A stretch of DNA of 64,000 nucleotides from an uncultured bacterium (GTDB taxonomy: Bacteria > Fidelibacterota > Marinisomatia > Marinisomatales > AB-629-J13), in NCBI GenBank assembly GCA_964489755.1, contig CAZBBE010000001.1:356-64355 (forward strand), in the 5' to 3' direction. The notes under the pieces are model-generated. The model did not search any database, was not told where the DNA came from, and was given only the letters and a program-made list of their open reading frames with translations. The position numbers were made by a program, and so were the translations under genes. Below, in pieces: positions 36,024-49,638 of this stretch. Numbering within the stretch: position 1 is the stretch's first letter; each line of letters starts with the position of its first letter.

Positions 36024-37262
36024 TTAATTAAAACAAGAAAGGTTTGATAGGATTTTGCCAAGGTGTTGGGTGAAGGTGGCTGCCTCCACTCCGTCAATAA
36101 CCCTGTGGTCATAGGTAAGAGAAAGCGGTAGCATATACCGGAGATTAAAATCTTTGTCAAACCTTAAAAAAACCGATTCCCATTGCGCTCTCGACACACC
36201 CAAAATAGCAACCTGAGGAGGATTTATAATTGGAGAAAAATACGTACCTCCAATGCCCCCCAGGCTGGACAGTGTGAATGTCCCTCCTTTAAACTCTTCC
36301 GGTTTTAGTTTTTTCTGTCTTGCTCTTTTGCTTATGTCACTCAGTTCTTCGGAAAGGGACTTAATGTCTTTTTTGTCCGCATCTCTAACTACGGGCACTA
36401 CAAGGCCACCCGGGGTGTTTACAGCAATGCTAATATGATAATAGTTTTTGTGGATAAGAGAATCTTTTTCGGCAGACAAAGAGCTGTTAAAATTAGGGAA
36501 TTCCTTCAGGGTTTGGACTGATGCTTTAATTAAAAACGGAAGAAATGTTGTTTTATTGGTCTCAATATTCTCGTTTATTTTCTGTCTGTGTTCGTCTAAT
36601 TCAGTGATGTCTGCCTTATCGAACTGGGTGACCTGTGGTATGGATCGCCAGGCTGATTCCGTGCGCTGGCCCGTGATTTTTTTTATTCGGGAAAGTGGGC
36701 TGTATTCAACAGGTCCCCATTGTGAAAAGTCTGTTTTCTCTTGCGTGTGTCTGGGGGCGCCAGACATGCTCTTTTTTATTTTATTGATTAAATCATCTCT
36801 TGTTATTCTTCCTTTTTTACCGGTTCCTTGAATATTAGAAAGATTTATATTGAGTTCTCTGGCAAGCTTTCTGACGCTGGGGCTGGTCCTGAAATTGTCT
36901 TTTGGTGTCTGTTGGGCAGGGGCTGGGCGGTACGCTTCTTTTTGATGAATATCCTTTGGGGTAATTGGTGTTTTTACTTCCTGTTTAGTTTTTTTTGAAG
37001 GTTCTTTCTGTGGTCCCTTGTTTCCCGTGATTGATATTATTTTATCACCCGTAGATATTAGCGCGCCCTGCTTCACATATACCTCCTTAACTGTTCCTCC
37101 TGTTTCTGTGGGAATTTCCATAGATGCCTTTTCGGATTCAAGCACTATAATAGGATCATCCTTATTTATTTCATCTCCAGGCGAAACCAGCACTTCACTC
37201 ACATCTGCTGAATCTATACCTTCTCCCAGGTGGGGAAGGGTTATAATAAATAATTTACTCAT
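36024..37262 (-). CDS. aceF: dihydrolipoamide acetyltransferase (E2) of the pyruvate dehydrogenase complex
   Basis: A single lipoyl domain (VLESEKASMEIP), an E3-binding domain (SPSVRKLARELNINLSNIQGTGKKGRITRDDL), and a catalytic domain with DHRVIDG. Confidence 0.92.
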   Translation of the reverse strand: MSKLFIITLPHLGEGIDSADVSEVLVSPGDEINKDDPIIVLESEKASMEIPTETGGTVKEVYVKQGALISTGDKIISITGNKGPQKEPSKKTKQEVKTPITPKDIHQKEAYRPAPAQQTPKDNFRTSPSVRKLARELNINLSNIQGTGKKGRITRDDLINKIKKSMSGAPRHTQEKTDFSQWGPVEYSPLSRIKKITGQRTESAWRSIPQVTQFDKADITELDEHRQKINENIETNKTTFLPFLIKASVQTLKEFPNFNSSLSAEKDSLIHKNYYHISIAVNTPGGLVVPVVRDADKKDIKSLSEELSDISKRARQKKLKPEEFKGGTFTLSSLGGIGGTYFSPIINPPQVAILGVSRAQWESVFLRFDKDFNLRYMLPLSLTYDHRVIDGVEAATFTQHLGKILSNLSCFN

Positions 37263-39913
37263 ACGGTGATAGGGCTCGGTTTTTCAGGATCAATGTCGTA
37301 TTTCTTCACTGCTTCCTGCATTTTTTCTTTTTCAATTTTTCCTAATAAAGCTAGCGCTCTTATTCCAGCAAGAACAATATAAAATCGATCTATTTCGAAA
37401 AAATGTCTAAGGTTTTCTCTTGTTTCGCTCCTGCCAAACCCGTCTGTTCCAAGAGCATAATAGGGACCTTGTATATACGGGGCAATCTGTTCCGATACCA
37501 TTTTTACATAATCTGATACAGCAACCGTGGGAACTCTGTAATTCTTTAATTTGTTTTCCAAATGTGATTTTTGGGCTTTTTCATCCGGGTGTAAAAGGTT
37601 CCATCTTTCTATTTCCTCTGCCTCTCTACGTAATTCACTAAAGCTTGTCACACACCATACCCCCGCATCAATTCCCCAGTCTTTGTTCAAAAGGTCGGCT
37701 GCATCCAAAACCTCTTTCATTAGGGGTCCGCTCCCCAGTAGGCGCAGGGTGGGTTTGTCTGTGGACCTTATTTTATACATACCCTTAATGATCCCTTCTT
37801 CAGCCCCTTTGGGCATTGGCGGGGGAATATAGTTTTCGTTTTCAACTGTTAAATAATATACAACGTCCTTTTGTTCTTCTATCATTTCTTTCATACCATG
37901 ATGAATTATTGTAGCAATTTCATAAGAGTAGGCTAAGTCATATGCCTTAATGTTAGGGGTTGCTGCTGCTGCAAGGTGGCTGTGTCCATCCTGATGCTGA
38001 AGTCCCTCTCCGTTTAGCGTGGTTCTCCCTGCGGTTCCTCCCAACAAAAAGCCCCTTGTTCGCATGTCTCCGGCAGCCCAAATAAAATCCCAGACCCTCT
38101 GAAATCCAAACATGGAATAATAAATATAAAATGGGATCATGTTGATGCCGTGGTTGCTATATGATGTTCCTGCAGCAATGAATGAGGAAACGGCCCCGGC
38201 TTCGTTTATTCCTTCTTCAAGAATTTGTCCTTGCTTGGTTTCTTTATAATATAAAAACTGATCTGAGTCAACCGGTTCATACAATTGTCCAAGGTGTGTG
38301 TAGATTCCTAGTTGACGAAATAGTGGGTCCATTCCAAACGTTCTTGCCTCATCAGGGATGATTGGCACCACATATTTTCCAATTGTTTTGTCCTTACACA
38401 AAAGGGTCAGAAGCCTGACAAAAACCATTGTGGTGGACACCTCTCTGCCCTCCATTCCGCTAATTAGTTCTTTAAAAATAGCAATGTCAGGCATGGAAAA
38501 CGTGTTTGTTCTTCTCTTCCGTGAGGGAAGAAATCCCCCGAGGTTTTCTCTTTTTTCAATTATGTATTTTTGTTCCCTGCTTCCTTTTTTAAATCGATAA
38601 AAGGGTGCGTTTGATGCTTGGCTGTTTGAGAGTGGAACTTCAAACCTATCTCTAAAATACAATAACTCATTCTCGTTAAGCTTTTTCTGTTGATGGGTGA
38701 TATTTCTTCCCTCTCCTGCTTCACCAAGCCCATACCCCTTAATTGTTCTGGCAAGAATAACCGTAGGCTGGCCCTTGTGCCGGGTCGCTTCATAATATGC
38801 AGCATACATTTTCTCAGGGTCGTGCCCGCCTGCTCTCAGGTCATGAAGTTCTTTATCAGTATAGTCTTTTACAAGTTCTTCAAGTTCCACATATTTTCCA
38901 AAAAAATTTCTTCGAATATATTCCCCTCCCTCAACAATGTATTTTAACATTTCCCCATCTACAACCTCCTCCATTCTTTTCAGCAGTAAGCCTGAAATGT
39001 CATTTTCTATAAGCCTGTCCCAATCATCTCCCCAGATGACTTTTATCACATTCCATCCAGCGCCCCTGAACGCTCCTTCGAGTTCTTGAATTATTTTACC
39101 GTTTCCCCTGACGGGACCGTCTAGTCTTTGTAAATTACAATTAATCACAAAAATTAAATTGTCTAGCTGTTCTCTGGTTGCCATGGTTAATGAACCCATT
39201 GCTTCTGGCTCGTCCATTTCTCCGTCACCTAAAAACGCCCAGATCTTCCTTCCGGTATTTGGCATTATTCCCCGGTCTATTAAATAATTCATAAATCTTG
39301 CCTGATAGATCGCCATCAGCGGCCCCAGCCCCATAGACACAGTAGCAAACTGCCAAAAATCAGGCATGAGCCAAGGGTGGGGGTAAGAAGACAGTCCGCC
39401 CTCGCTGGCAAGCTCTCTCCTAAAGTTCTCCAGGTGCTTTTCTGTAAGGCGTCCCTCAATAAATGCCCGGGCATAAATCCCCGGAGAGGCGTGTCCCTGA
39501 AAATACACCAAGTCTGCGCCTTTAGGGTGGTTGGGGCCTTTGAGAAAATGATTAAATGCCACCTCCAAAAGGGTTGCGCTAGAGGCATAGGTGGAGATGT
39601 GTCCGCCGATTCCTGGAGACTTTTTGTTTGCCCGAACAACCATGGCCATGGCGTTCCACCGGATGAGAGATTTAATTCTTCTTTCAATAGCCCGGTCACC
39701 TGGAAATTGTTTCTGTTCTTGAGGTTGAATCGTGTTAATAAATGGGGTCACCGAGCTGAAGGGCAGGCGCGTGCCATGCAACTCGGCGTGTTCTATTGAT
39801 TTTTCTAAAAGAAACCTAAGCCTTTCTTGTCCACTGTCGTTTAGAATATCCTCAACAGATTCTATCCACTCCCTGGTCTCTTGCGGGTCTATATCTTGTT
39901 TGTCTTTTTTCAT
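37259..39913 (-). CDS. aceE: pyruvate dehydrogenase E1 component, homodimeric type
   Basis: 884 aa. GGHISTYASSATL, the ThDP motif GDGEMDEPE…NCNLQRLDG, GEGLQHQDGHS. 4-nt overlap with aceF. Confidence 0.95.
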   Translation of the reverse strand: MKKDKQDIDPQETREWIESVEDILNDSGQERLRFLLEKSIEHAELHGTRLPFSSVTPFINTIQPQEQKQFPGDRAIERRIKSLIRWNAMAMVVRANKKSPGIGGHISTYASSATLLEVAFNHFLKGPNHPKGADLVYFQGHASPGIYARAFIEGRLTEKHLENFRRELASEGGLSSYPHPWLMPDFWQFATVSMGLGPLMAIYQARFMNYLIDRGIMPNTGRKIWAFLGDGEMDEPEAMGSLTMATREQLDNLIFVINCNLQRLDGPVRGNGKIIQELEGAFRGAGWNVIKVIWGDDWDRLIENDISGLLLKRMEEVVDGEMLKYIVEGGEYIRRNFFGKYVELEELVKDYTDKELHDLRAGGHDPEKMYAAYYEATRHKGQPTVILARTIKGYGLGEAGEGRNITHQQKKLNENELLYFRDRFEVPLSNSQASNAPFYRFKKGSREQKYIIEKRENLGGFLPSRKRRTNTFSMPDIAIFKELISGMEGREVSTTMVFVRLLTLLCKDKTIGKYVVPIIPDEARTFGMDPLFRQLGIYTHLGQLYEPVDSDQFLYYKETKQGQILEEGINEAGAVSSFIAAGTSYSNHGINMIPFYIYYSMFGFQRVWDFIWAAGDMRTRGFLLGGTAGRTTLNGEGLQHQDGHSHLAAAATPNIKAYDLAYSYEIATIIHHGMKEMIEEQKDVVYYLTVENENYIPPPMPKGAEEGIIKGMYKIRSTDKPTLRLLGSGPLMKEVLDAADLLNKDWGIDAGVWCVTSFSELRREAEEIERWNLLHPDEKAQKSHLENKLKNYRVPTVAVSDYVKMVSEQIAPYIQGPYYALGTDGFGRSETRENLRHFFEIDRFYIVLAGIRALALLGKIEKEKMQEAVKKYDIDPEKPSPITV

Positions 39914-39958
39914 AGATATATAAATAAACGAAAAGTAAAAGTTACAATAATATTTGTT

Positions 39959-41368
39959 TCACACTTCAATCTCTTTCCACTCACCTTTCTTGATTTTCCA
40001 CGTTACGATGAAAGCAAAAAGGATAATATGAATAGACACGGCAGCCCACGGTGCTAAAAATCCTACTTCCATTTTAACTCCTATAAAATAACTGATAGGA
40101 AGCGCAATTCCCCACAACAGCGCTGACTCAACAATAGCAGGAAAGAGCGTGTTACCCGCACCGGTTAAAGCAAACCAGAGCGTAATCCCAACAGCATCAA
40201 AAAACTGTAATATTCCAATTATTCTTAAACCAACGATCGAAATATCAATAATCCTAGGTTCGTTTGTAAATAAAGGAATAATCAATTGCGGTAAAAAAAT
40301 AAAAACAAGCCCAACAGATCCCATAATAATCTCTGACCATCGCACACCCTCTATAATGCTTTTCTCTGCTTTATCTATTCGTTTTTCTCCCATATATTTG
40401 CTGACTAGAGTTGCACAGGCTTGACCAATTCCAACAGCCGGCATAATAGATGCATGCATAATTTGAAACACTATTTCTGTTGCAGCCAATTCCAGAACTC
40501 CAATCATTCCAACAATTTTATAAAAAACAGCCCACCCTCCTGTTATTATGACTTCTTGGGTGCCCATTGGGAGTGCTAATTGTAGTTGTTTTTTTATCAT
40601 TTCTATGTTCAGGCTAAAACGAAAAACATTAAAAGCCTCCATAGAGTTTCTTTTAAATAAACAAACAAAATAGTGAAAAACCATCCAAATAGATGCGATT
40701 ACTGTTGCCAGGGCTGCGCCCTTTATTCCCATTTGGGGGAAATGTGTCCAGCCCCATAGTTGAGCTAGCCAGCTCATATCTATTTCATAAACATTTGAAA
40801 GGGCTGCTTTTAGGTTTTCGGTTCCGTAGATTAGCCCTGCATTTAAATATACATTAATGATGTTGCTTGTCACTGTGACTTTCATGTGATACTCTGTTTT
40901 TTCTACACCGGTGAAAAATCCTTGAAAGATGAATCCTAATGAAGTGAATAAAATACTAATGCTTGTTATTTTGGTGTAATCTTTGCACAGGTTTCCAGCC
41001 TCTCCATCTAAAAAAAAGGGTACAACCGTGTCTGCAAAAAGATAGCCGAATGCCGATGCTGGGATACCATAAATCAATGCCATAAGCAAACCGTTGTGCA
41101 TTGCTGTACCACATTGGCTCAGCTTTTTCTGTCCAACCCTTCTTGAGGCAACTGTCTGGGTTCCTGTTCTCAGGCCTATAGAAAATGTTATCATTGTCCA
41201 GACCAACATTGCACCCATGCCGGTAGCGGCAAGAGCCTCTGCTCCTAGCCTCCCTACCATTGCCATGTCCGTAAGGCTCATTAAAACCCTGCTAATATTT
41301 CCAATAATTACAGGGATCGCAAGTACTATTATCTCTTTTGATAAATCTTTGTTTTTAGGTAAAAACAT
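39959..41368 (-). CDS. MATE family efflux transporter
   Basis: 469 aa, 12 predicted TM helices. The N-terminus …ILVLAIPVIIGNISRVLMSLTDMAMVGRLGAEALAA is typical of NorM/DinF-type MATE proteins. Confidence 0.88.
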   Translation of the reverse strand: MFLPKNKDLSKEIIVLAIPVIIGNISRVLMSLTDMAMVGRLGAEALAATGMGAMLVWTMITFSIGLRTGTQTVASRRVGQKKLSQCGTAMHNGLLMALIYGIPASAFGYLFADTVVPFFLDGEAGNLCKDYTKITSISILFTSLGFIFQGFFTGVEKTEYHMKVTVTSNIINVYLNAGLIYGTENLKAALSNVYEIDMSWLAQLWGWTHFPQMGIKGAALATVIASIWMVFHYFVCLFKRNSMEAFNVFRFSLNIEMIKKQLQLALPMGTQEVIITGGWAVFYKIVGMIGVLELAATEIVFQIMHASIMPAVGIGQACATLVSKYMGEKRIDKAEKSIIEGVRWSEIIMGSVGLVFIFLPQLIIPLFTNEPRIIDISIVGLRIIGILQFFDAVGITLWFALTGAGNTLFPAIVESALLWGIALPISYFIGVKMEVGFLAPWAAVSIHIILFAFIVTWKIKKGEWKEIEV

Positions 41369-41500
41369 GTTTTAAGATTTTGTTTACCGGTTTGATATCT
41401 GTCCCGTGTCTTTTGGGTCTGGTGAGTGTTTATTTGAAATACGGGGGGGTTAATTTCAGTTATCTTTCATAATTTCTCCAATAAGTTTGAATTAGAAATT

Positions 41501-42403
41501 TTGAGCTACCAACTAAAAATTGATGTTTCATTAAGAAATAAAATTAATTCCGGACAGCCTGTGGTGGCCATTGAGACAGCAATTCTTACTCATGGTATGC
41601 CTATTGAACCTGGAAATCAATTTGTTAAATTAGCTTTTAATGTATGTAAACAACACGGAGTGTCACCCGCATTTCTCTCCGTAGTAAATGGTGCCTTACG
41701 CATAGGGGCATCTGAAAAAGAATTATCTGCGCTGGTAAATAATCCTGATTCGAAAAAAATTTCCCGGCGAAACATGGGGATTGCTCTAGCTATGAAGTGG
41801 TCCGGCGGAACCACGGTTTCTGCCGGTATCTTCATGGCAAAACAAGCTGGAATTTCTGTTTTTTGTACGGGTGGAATTGGCGGTGTTCATAGAGAATTTT
41901 CTAAAAATTTTGATATTTCCCAAGATCTTTTCGCTTTAAGCAAAACTCCTGTGATTGTTGTGTCTTCCGGCGCAAAGGCGGTGCTTGACCTGACAAAAAC
42001 TTTTGAAGCTCTTGAGTTTTTTGGAATTCCCGTTGTCGGATATCGTACTGACGAATTTCCTTCATTTTGGTCAAGAAATTCCGGACTATCCCTCGAAGTC
42101 ACAGCCAACAGTCCAGAAGAAATTATCTCTATCTGGAAACATCATCTCAGCTCTGGTGTCGGGTCGGCGCTGGTCGTTGCTAATCCTGTTCCTGAAAAAA
42201 ATCAAATTCCTTACCCAGAAATAGACGGTTTGATTAAATCTGCTTGTGTTGAGGCGGACACATTGGGGGTCTCCGGTCCTGACCTGACCCCCTTTCTCCT
42301 TAAATTTTTAAATGATCGAACAGAGGGAAGATGCCTGGAGACAAATATTTCCCTTGCTGTTAGTAATGTTGTTCTGGGGGCAGCTGTTTCAAGTTTAATT
42401 TAA
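41501..42403 (+). CDS. psuG: pseudouridine-5'-phosphate glycosidase
   Basis: PVVAIETAILTHGMP, ISRRNMG, GGTTVSAGIFMA, FCTGGIGGVHR, VVSSGAKAVLD. TTG start at 41501. Confidence 0.9.
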   Translation: MSYQLKIDVSLRNKINSGQPVVAIETAILTHGMPIEPGNQFVKLAFNVCKQHGVSPAFLSVVNGALRIGASEKELSALVNNPDSKKISRRNMGIALAMKWSGGTTVSAGIFMAKQAGISVFCTGGIGGVHREFSKNFDISQDLFALSKTPVIVVSSGAKAVLDLTKTFEALEFFGIPVVGYRTDEFPSFWSRNSGLSLEVTANSPEEIISIWKHHLSSGVGSALVVANPVPEKNQIPYPEIDGLIKSACVEADTLGVSGPDLTPFLLKFLNDRTEGRCLETNISLAVSNVVLGAAVSSLI

Positions 42404-42937
42404 CAGCTCAGCTGTTTTTATGTAACTGCTTACAATCTTTTTTGTGTCTCTCATCTTTTCTGGAAGCCCAAATGCAGTGACCGTAGCACCAACATAGTTT
42501 ATTATGGGTGTAATAATTCCGGCATTTTCTGAAATTATTTTTTTTGAAGCATCTTCTGTGCAAAATCTCTTCCCTCCAACAGTAAAAACTGTTTTTTGCG
42601 GATAGGCGGATGATACTTTATAAATAGAGGACATGTCCGGAAATATTGGATATGACTTAAAAGGTGTTTGTCCGGTCAGCCCATTCGTACCAGAAATGTT
42701 TACATGGTCCTTAATTGAAATGGGGGATTTCCATCCCTTAATTTGATCAATTAAAAGGATCGTATTTTTATCGCAGTCCAATAATGAGCTGTGCACACTG
42801 TAAACGCTTGGTGGAAAATGTGGGTACCATATGAATAGAGAGGCTTCCTCCTGGTGTACAACATATAGGCTGGTTTCGTTTGTTATAATATCATAACCGA
42901 AAAGTTTTGGGTCAGAACCAAAAACAACTGTTATCAT
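42395..42937 (-). CDS. hypothetical protein, short and divergent purine-nucleoside-phosphorylase (PNP/MTAP)-like
   Basis: 180 aa. ILLIDQIKGWKSPISIKDHVNISGTNGLTGQTPFKSYPIFPDMSSIYK resembles the trimeric-PNP segment [39 protein letters not shown]. Canonical PNPs are about 270 aa. ATGA overlap with the yggS stop. Confidence 0.35.
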   Translation of the reverse strand: MITVVFGSDPKLFGYDIITNETSLYVVHQEEASLFIWYPHFPPSVYSVHSSLLDCDKNTILLIDQIKGWKSPISIKDHVNISGTNGLTGQTPFKSYPIFPDMSSIYKVSSAYPQKTVFTVGGKRFCTEDASKKIISENAGIITPIINYVGATVTAFGLPEKMRDTKKIVSSYIKTAELLN

Positions 42938-43629
42938 GAAGGGCTTCTCTTTCCCAAAATGGCTGTACCAATCCGAACCTGTGTGGACCCCTCCTCAACA
43001 GCAACCTCAAAATCATTACTCATCCCCATTGAGAGTTCTTTTAACTCTTCATACTCTCTGGGCTTTTGCTTGTTTAGCGTATCTCTTGTTGCTCTTAACA
43101 GCTTAAATGACTTGCGAATTTCTTTTTCGTTCTGACGGGCCGGTGCAATTGTCATAAGCCCTTGTATATTAAGATTTTGATATACAAAACATTCTAACAT
43201 TTTATCAATCTCTTCCGGTAAAAACCCGTGTTTTTGTGGTTCTCGTGTCGTGTTTACTTCAAGCAAAACTGGTATATATAGGTTTTTCTGGTGTGCTTTT
43301 TTATTAATTTTTTTTGATAGTTTTATTGAATCAACTGAGTCAATAGAGTCAAACAATCCTAAGCATTTGTTGATTTTGTTTGTCTGGAGGTGGCCGATAA
43401 ACCTTTTATTAAGGCGGGGCATTTCTGGGTGTGGGAGAAACTTTTCTGTAGCTTCTTGTATTTTGTTTTCTCCAATGGAGCGTATCCCGGCCTCATAACA
43501 CTCTTTAATGCATGAAAATGGGTGGGATTTTGTTACAGCTATTATCTGCGTTTTTTGTTTTATTGCATTTTTTATTTTTGCTTTTTCAATTTTTTCCTGT
43601 ATTTTTTTCAGGCTGTCTTTTATGGTCAT
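42934..43629 (-). CDS. yggS: YggS-family pyridoxal-5'-phosphate homeostasis protein
   Basis: IIAVTKSHP (PLP Lys), [44 protein letters not shown]. Confidence 0.92.
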   Translation of the reverse strand: MTIKDSLKKIQEKIEKAKIKNAIKQKTQIIAVTKSHPFSCIKECYEAGIRSIGENKIQEATEKFLPHPEMPRLNKRFIGHLQTNKINKCLGLFDSIDSVDSIKLSKKINKKAHQKNLYIPVLLEVNTTREPQKHGFLPEEIDKMLECFVYQNLNIQGLMTIAPARQNEKEIRKSFKLLRATRDTLNKQKPREYEELKELSMGMSNDFEVAVEEGSTQVRIGTAILGKRSPS

Positions 43630-46124
43630 TGTGTTTCAATTATTTCTTCTTCCGTGGTAGCCTCCGTCGCCACCCCCTCCTCTTTTGGTGTTTGGTCCAC
43701 ATGAAAAACCCTTGTAATCGATGAAATGGTTGTGCCTTTGTCTAGCTTGACCAGCCTTACTCCCTGTGTTACTCTGCCAATGGTCCGAATAGCAGAAACA
43801 GGTTGGCGCATTAATACCCCCGAGTTTGTTATGATAATTAAATCATCCGTATCAACAACTTCCATAATATTAACCATTTTTCCTGTCTTTTTGGTACACC
43901 TCATGGTAAGCACGCCCTTACCCCCTCTGTTTTGGGTCCTATATTGAATTACATCTGTTCGTTTCCCGTATCCTTTTTCTGTTCCGACCAGAATGGTTCC
44001 TTCCCTTTTTACGACAAGCATTCCTATGACCCTGTCGTCCTTTGAGCTAAGCCTTATCCCCTTAACTCCCATTGTTTTTCTTCCGCTTGAACGAATATTT
44101 TCTTCTGAAAACCGTATAGACTTTCCTTCGTGTGTTCCTAAAAGTATATCATTGGTTCCGTCGGTTATTTTCGCTTCTATCAGTTTGTCTTTTTCCCTTA
44201 TGTCAATGGCATATATTCCTCCTTTTCGTGGGTTTCCGTACGCTGACAGAACAGTCTTTTTCACAATACCCTTTTCTGTTGCCATCATAATAAAGTGTTC
44301 ACTGTCAAACTCTTTGACACTCACAAAGGCTTCTACTTTCTCTCCGGGCTCACACCCAATAAGGTTAACAATGGCTCTTCCTCTTGTGGCTCGGCCCCCC
44401 TGGGGAATATCATACACCTTAAGCCAATAACATTTTCCCTTGTCAGTAAAATAAAGGATATAATTATGTGTGTTTGCTATGAACAGATGTTCTACAAAAT
44501 CTTCGTCTTTTGATATGGCCCCCTGAACCCCCCTTCCGCCCCTTCTTTGTGTTCTGTATGTTGTTACAGCGGTGCGCTTAATATAGCCCTTGTGTGTAAT
44601 TGTGATTACTACATCTTCTTCTGCTATCATGTCTTCAACAGAAAAATCCGTTGAAACTGGAATTATTTCTGTTCTGCGTTCATCTCCGTAGGTCTCTCGA
44701 ATCTCCATTAATTCGGACTTTATGATGTCCATCCTTTGTGTTCGGCTATCTAATATCCCCTTTAGATATTCAATCGTTTTTATCGTTTCTTTGTACTCTT
44801 CTACTACCTTTTCAGCCTCCAGTCCAGTAAGTTTTTGAAGTCTCATTTCCAGAATGGCCTGTGCTTGTTTTGCTGAAAGGCTAAAAATATTCATTAGCCC
44901 TTCTTTTGCATGGTTTGGGTCTTTGCTTCCTCTAATCGTTTTTATGATTTCTTCAATATTATCGAGAGCAATTTTTAATCCTTCCAGTATGTGTGCACGG
45001 TCCTCTGCTACAGTAAGATCGTACCGTGTTCGGCGTACAACAATCTCGTGTCTAAAGTCTATAAAGTGTTGTAGCATTTCTCTCAGGTTCATAACCTTTG
45101 GCACCCCATTGTACAAAGCTAAAAGGATTATACCAAAGGTGTCCTGAAGCTGTGTGTGTTTGTACAATAAGTTTAAAATTACCTCTGGAACTGCGTCCCT
45201 TTTGGTCTCAATAACCACACGTATTCCGTCTTTATCTGATTCATCTCTAAGGTCGCTTATTCCTTCTACCTTTTTGTTCCGTACCAGGTCCGCTATTTTT
45301 TCCATTAGCGTTGCCTTGTTAACCTGGTATGGGATTTCTGTTATCACAATGCTGTTTTTACCTGACTTTAGTGTTTCGACGTGTGCCCGGGCCCTCATCT
45401 TTATTTTGCCGCGCCCTGTTGTATATGCGCTCTCCAGGCCATCTAGTCCCATAATTAAACCTGCCGTTGGGAAGTCCGGCCCTCTGATGTGGTTCATAAG
45501 TCCCTCTACGGTAATACCGCTGTTGTCTATTAGGGCAATGATACCATTAACTATCTCGATTAGATTGTGCGGTGGAATCTTTGTTGCCATCCCAACAGCA
45601 ATCCCTTCAGATCCGTTTATTAAAAGGTTTGGTACCCCTGATGGTAAAACAGAAGGTTCTTTCATGGTTTCGTCAAAGTTTAGCGCCCAACTAACCGTTT
45701 CTTTTTCTATGTCTTTCAGCATTTCGCTGGACAGTCGGGTCATCCTTGATTCAGTATAGCGCATTGCTGCTGCGTTATCACCGTCAACGGAGCCAAAATT
45801 GCCCTGTCCGTCTACCAGTTCATAGCGCATTGAGAAATCTTGGGCCATCCTTACCAGGGCATCATAAACCGAAGAGTCCCCGTGGGGGTGATATTTACCC
45901 ATTACATCTCCTACAATCCGGGCAGATTTTTTATACGGGCGGTTCCATTGAGAGCCGAGTTCGCTCATACCATACAGAATCCTTCTGTGAACAGGCTTAA
46001 GCCCGTCCCGAACGTCTGGCAACGCTCTAGACACAATGACCGACATTGAGTAGTTTAGGTAGCTTTCCCTCATTTCCACCACAATGTCTCGTGGCACTGT
46101 GTTGTCTCTGTTTATATCACCCAT
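43626..46124 (-). CDS. gyrA: DNA gyrase subunit A
   Basis: [30 protein letters not shown], the active-site region AAMRYTE, the GyrA-box-like [10 protein letters not shown], and C-terminal beta-pinwheel repeats. Confidence 0.97.
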   Translation of the reverse strand: MGDINRDNTVPRDIVVEMRESYLNYSMSVIVSRALPDVRDGLKPVHRRILYGMSELGSQWNRPYKKSARIVGDVMGKYHPHGDSSVYDALVRMAQDFSMRYELVDGQGNFGSVDGDNAAAMRYTESRMTRLSSEMLKDIEKETVSWALNFDETMKEPSVLPSGVPNLLINGSEGIAVGMATKIPPHNLIEIVNGIIALIDNSGITVEGLMNHIRGPDFPTAGLIMGLDGLESAYTTGRGKIKMRARAHVETLKSGKNSIVITEIPYQVNKATLMEKIADLVRNKKVEGISDLRDESDKDGIRVVIETKRDAVPEVILNLLYKHTQLQDTFGIILLALYNGVPKVMNLREMLQHFIDFRHEIVVRRTRYDLTVAEDRAHILEGLKIALDNIEEIIKTIRGSKDPNHAKEGLMNIFSLSAKQAQAILEMRLQKLTGLEAEKVVEEYKETIKTIEYLKGILDSRTQRMDIIKSELMEIRETYGDERRTEIIPVSTDFSVEDMIAEEDVVITITHKGYIKRTAVTTYRTQRRGGRGVQGAISKDEDFVEHLFIANTHNYILYFTDKGKCYWLKVYDIPQGGRATRGRAIVNLIGCEPGEKVEAFVSVKEFDSEHFIMMATEKGIVKKTVLSAYGNPRKGGIYAIDIREKDKLIEAKITDGTNDILLGTHEGKSIRFSEENIRSSGRKTMGVKGIRLSSKDDRVIGMLVVKREGTILVGTEKGYGKRTDVIQYRTQNRGGKGVLTMRCTKKTGKMVNIMEVVDTDDLIIITNSGVLMRQPVSAIRTIGRVTQGVRLVKLDKGTTISSITRVFHVDQTPKEEGVATEATTEEEIIETQ

Positions 46125-46141
46125 GGGCCTGTTTTTAAAAA

Positions 46142-48384
<2,243 letters not shown>

Positions 48385-48522
48385 GCGACTTTCGCCTTTA
48401 TGTATGGTGTGGGAGGGTAAAAGCTGTGGCGTGTTGTGGTTGCTTCTTTGTTTTCATATCCCTTCTGAACAGAAGGTGTGGCTATAAACAAAATCGTCGT
48501 TTCTTATCTATCGTAAAGCTTG

Positions 48523-49638
48523 TCAATCATTTAACCGGATTGGCATAAGGAGCATGGTGGTGTCCTTTCCTTCTTCCTTGTCTTCCGGACAAAAAACTGT
48601 TGCACTGATTGGTGTGTTTAGTTTTAGAACAACTTTTTCGCTAGGCATATAGGATAATAGCTCTTTCAAATAAAAGGCGTTATAGCCTATTGTGATAGGC
48701 TCCCCAGAGTATTCCCCGTTCAGTTTTTCTAGAGCTCTTGTGGCCTTTTCTGGATCTTCTGTTGCAATTTCCAAAACATCGTTATCCATTTTAATGGCAA
48801 TCTGTTGGGTTGTTCTGTTTGAAAAAATAGAAACCCTTCGTACTGCTGAGGTCAATTCCTGTACATCAACTGTGAGGGTTTTATCATTGTTTGTTGGAAT
48901 AACGCTTTCATAGTCGGGATATCTTTCATCTATAATCCGTGAGTGTACCGTGTCGTTTCCAAAGGTCGCTGTAATATAGCTCTTGCCCATTTGCATTTCT
49001 ACTGTTTCTGTTTGTCCTATAAGATTTTTAGACAGCGTTAAAAATTTTTTTGGGATGATAATATCTCCAGAAAAGCCTCCTGAGTCAAAGTCTTGTATTT
49101 TATAGCGTGCTAACCTGTGCCCGTCGGTTGACACTGTTGTTAGGCTGGTTTGGTCAAAATGAAAAAGCACCCCTGTCAGTGCTGGCTTTAAATCATCATT
49201 GCTTATAGCAAAGCTAGTTAGCTTGAAAATTAATTTTAATAATTCAGATGAAAAAATCACGGGGCTTTGTTTATCCAGTTCAGGGGGTGCAGGAAACTCT
49301 TCTGGTGACATACCTTTTAAATCATAGTCTCCTGTTTCGCTTTTTATAGAAATATTCAACTTTTTATCTACAGACAGTGTAATTCTTCCATCGGGGAGTT
49401 CGTTTGCAATATTTAGTAGTGTGTCAACAGGGATAACAGAAGAGCCCTCCTTTTCAATACTTGCTGGAATGGTCAAAATCATAGTTTGTTCAAGGTCAGT
49501 GGCTCTCATAATAATTGACCCATTGTCTGTGGTAATCAATACATTACTAAGAATAGGAATGGTAGATCGTGTAGGAGTAATTTTAGATAATTTTTGTAGA
49601 GATACTTGTATGTCTGTTTTAGTTGTGGAAAATTTCAT
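48523..49638 (-). CDS. dnaN: DNA polymerase III beta sliding clamp
   Basis: MKFSTTKTDIQVSLQKLSKITPTRSTIPILSNVLI…, three-domain length, C-terminus LLMPIRL. I prefer ATG 49638 (MKF…) to the ORF-track GTG at 49656. The start is not certain. Confidence 0.93.
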   Translation of the reverse strand: MKFSTTKTDIQVSLQKLSKITPTRSTIPILSNVLITTDNGSIIMRATDLEQTMILTIPASIEKEGSSVIPVDTLLNIANELPDGRITLSVDKKLNISIKSETGDYDLKGMSPEEFPAPPELDKQSPVIFSSELLKLIFKLTSFAISNDDLKPALTGVLFHFDQTSLTTVSTDGHRLARYKIQDFDSGGFSGDIIIPKKFLTLSKNLIGQTETVEMQMGKSYITATFGNDTVHSRIIDERYPDYESVIPTNNDKTLTVDVQELTSAVRRVSIFSNRTTQQIAIKMDNDVLEIATEDPEKATRALEKLNGEYSGEPITIGYNAFYLKELLSYMPSEKVVLKLNTPISATVFCPEDKEEGKDTTMLLMPIRLND

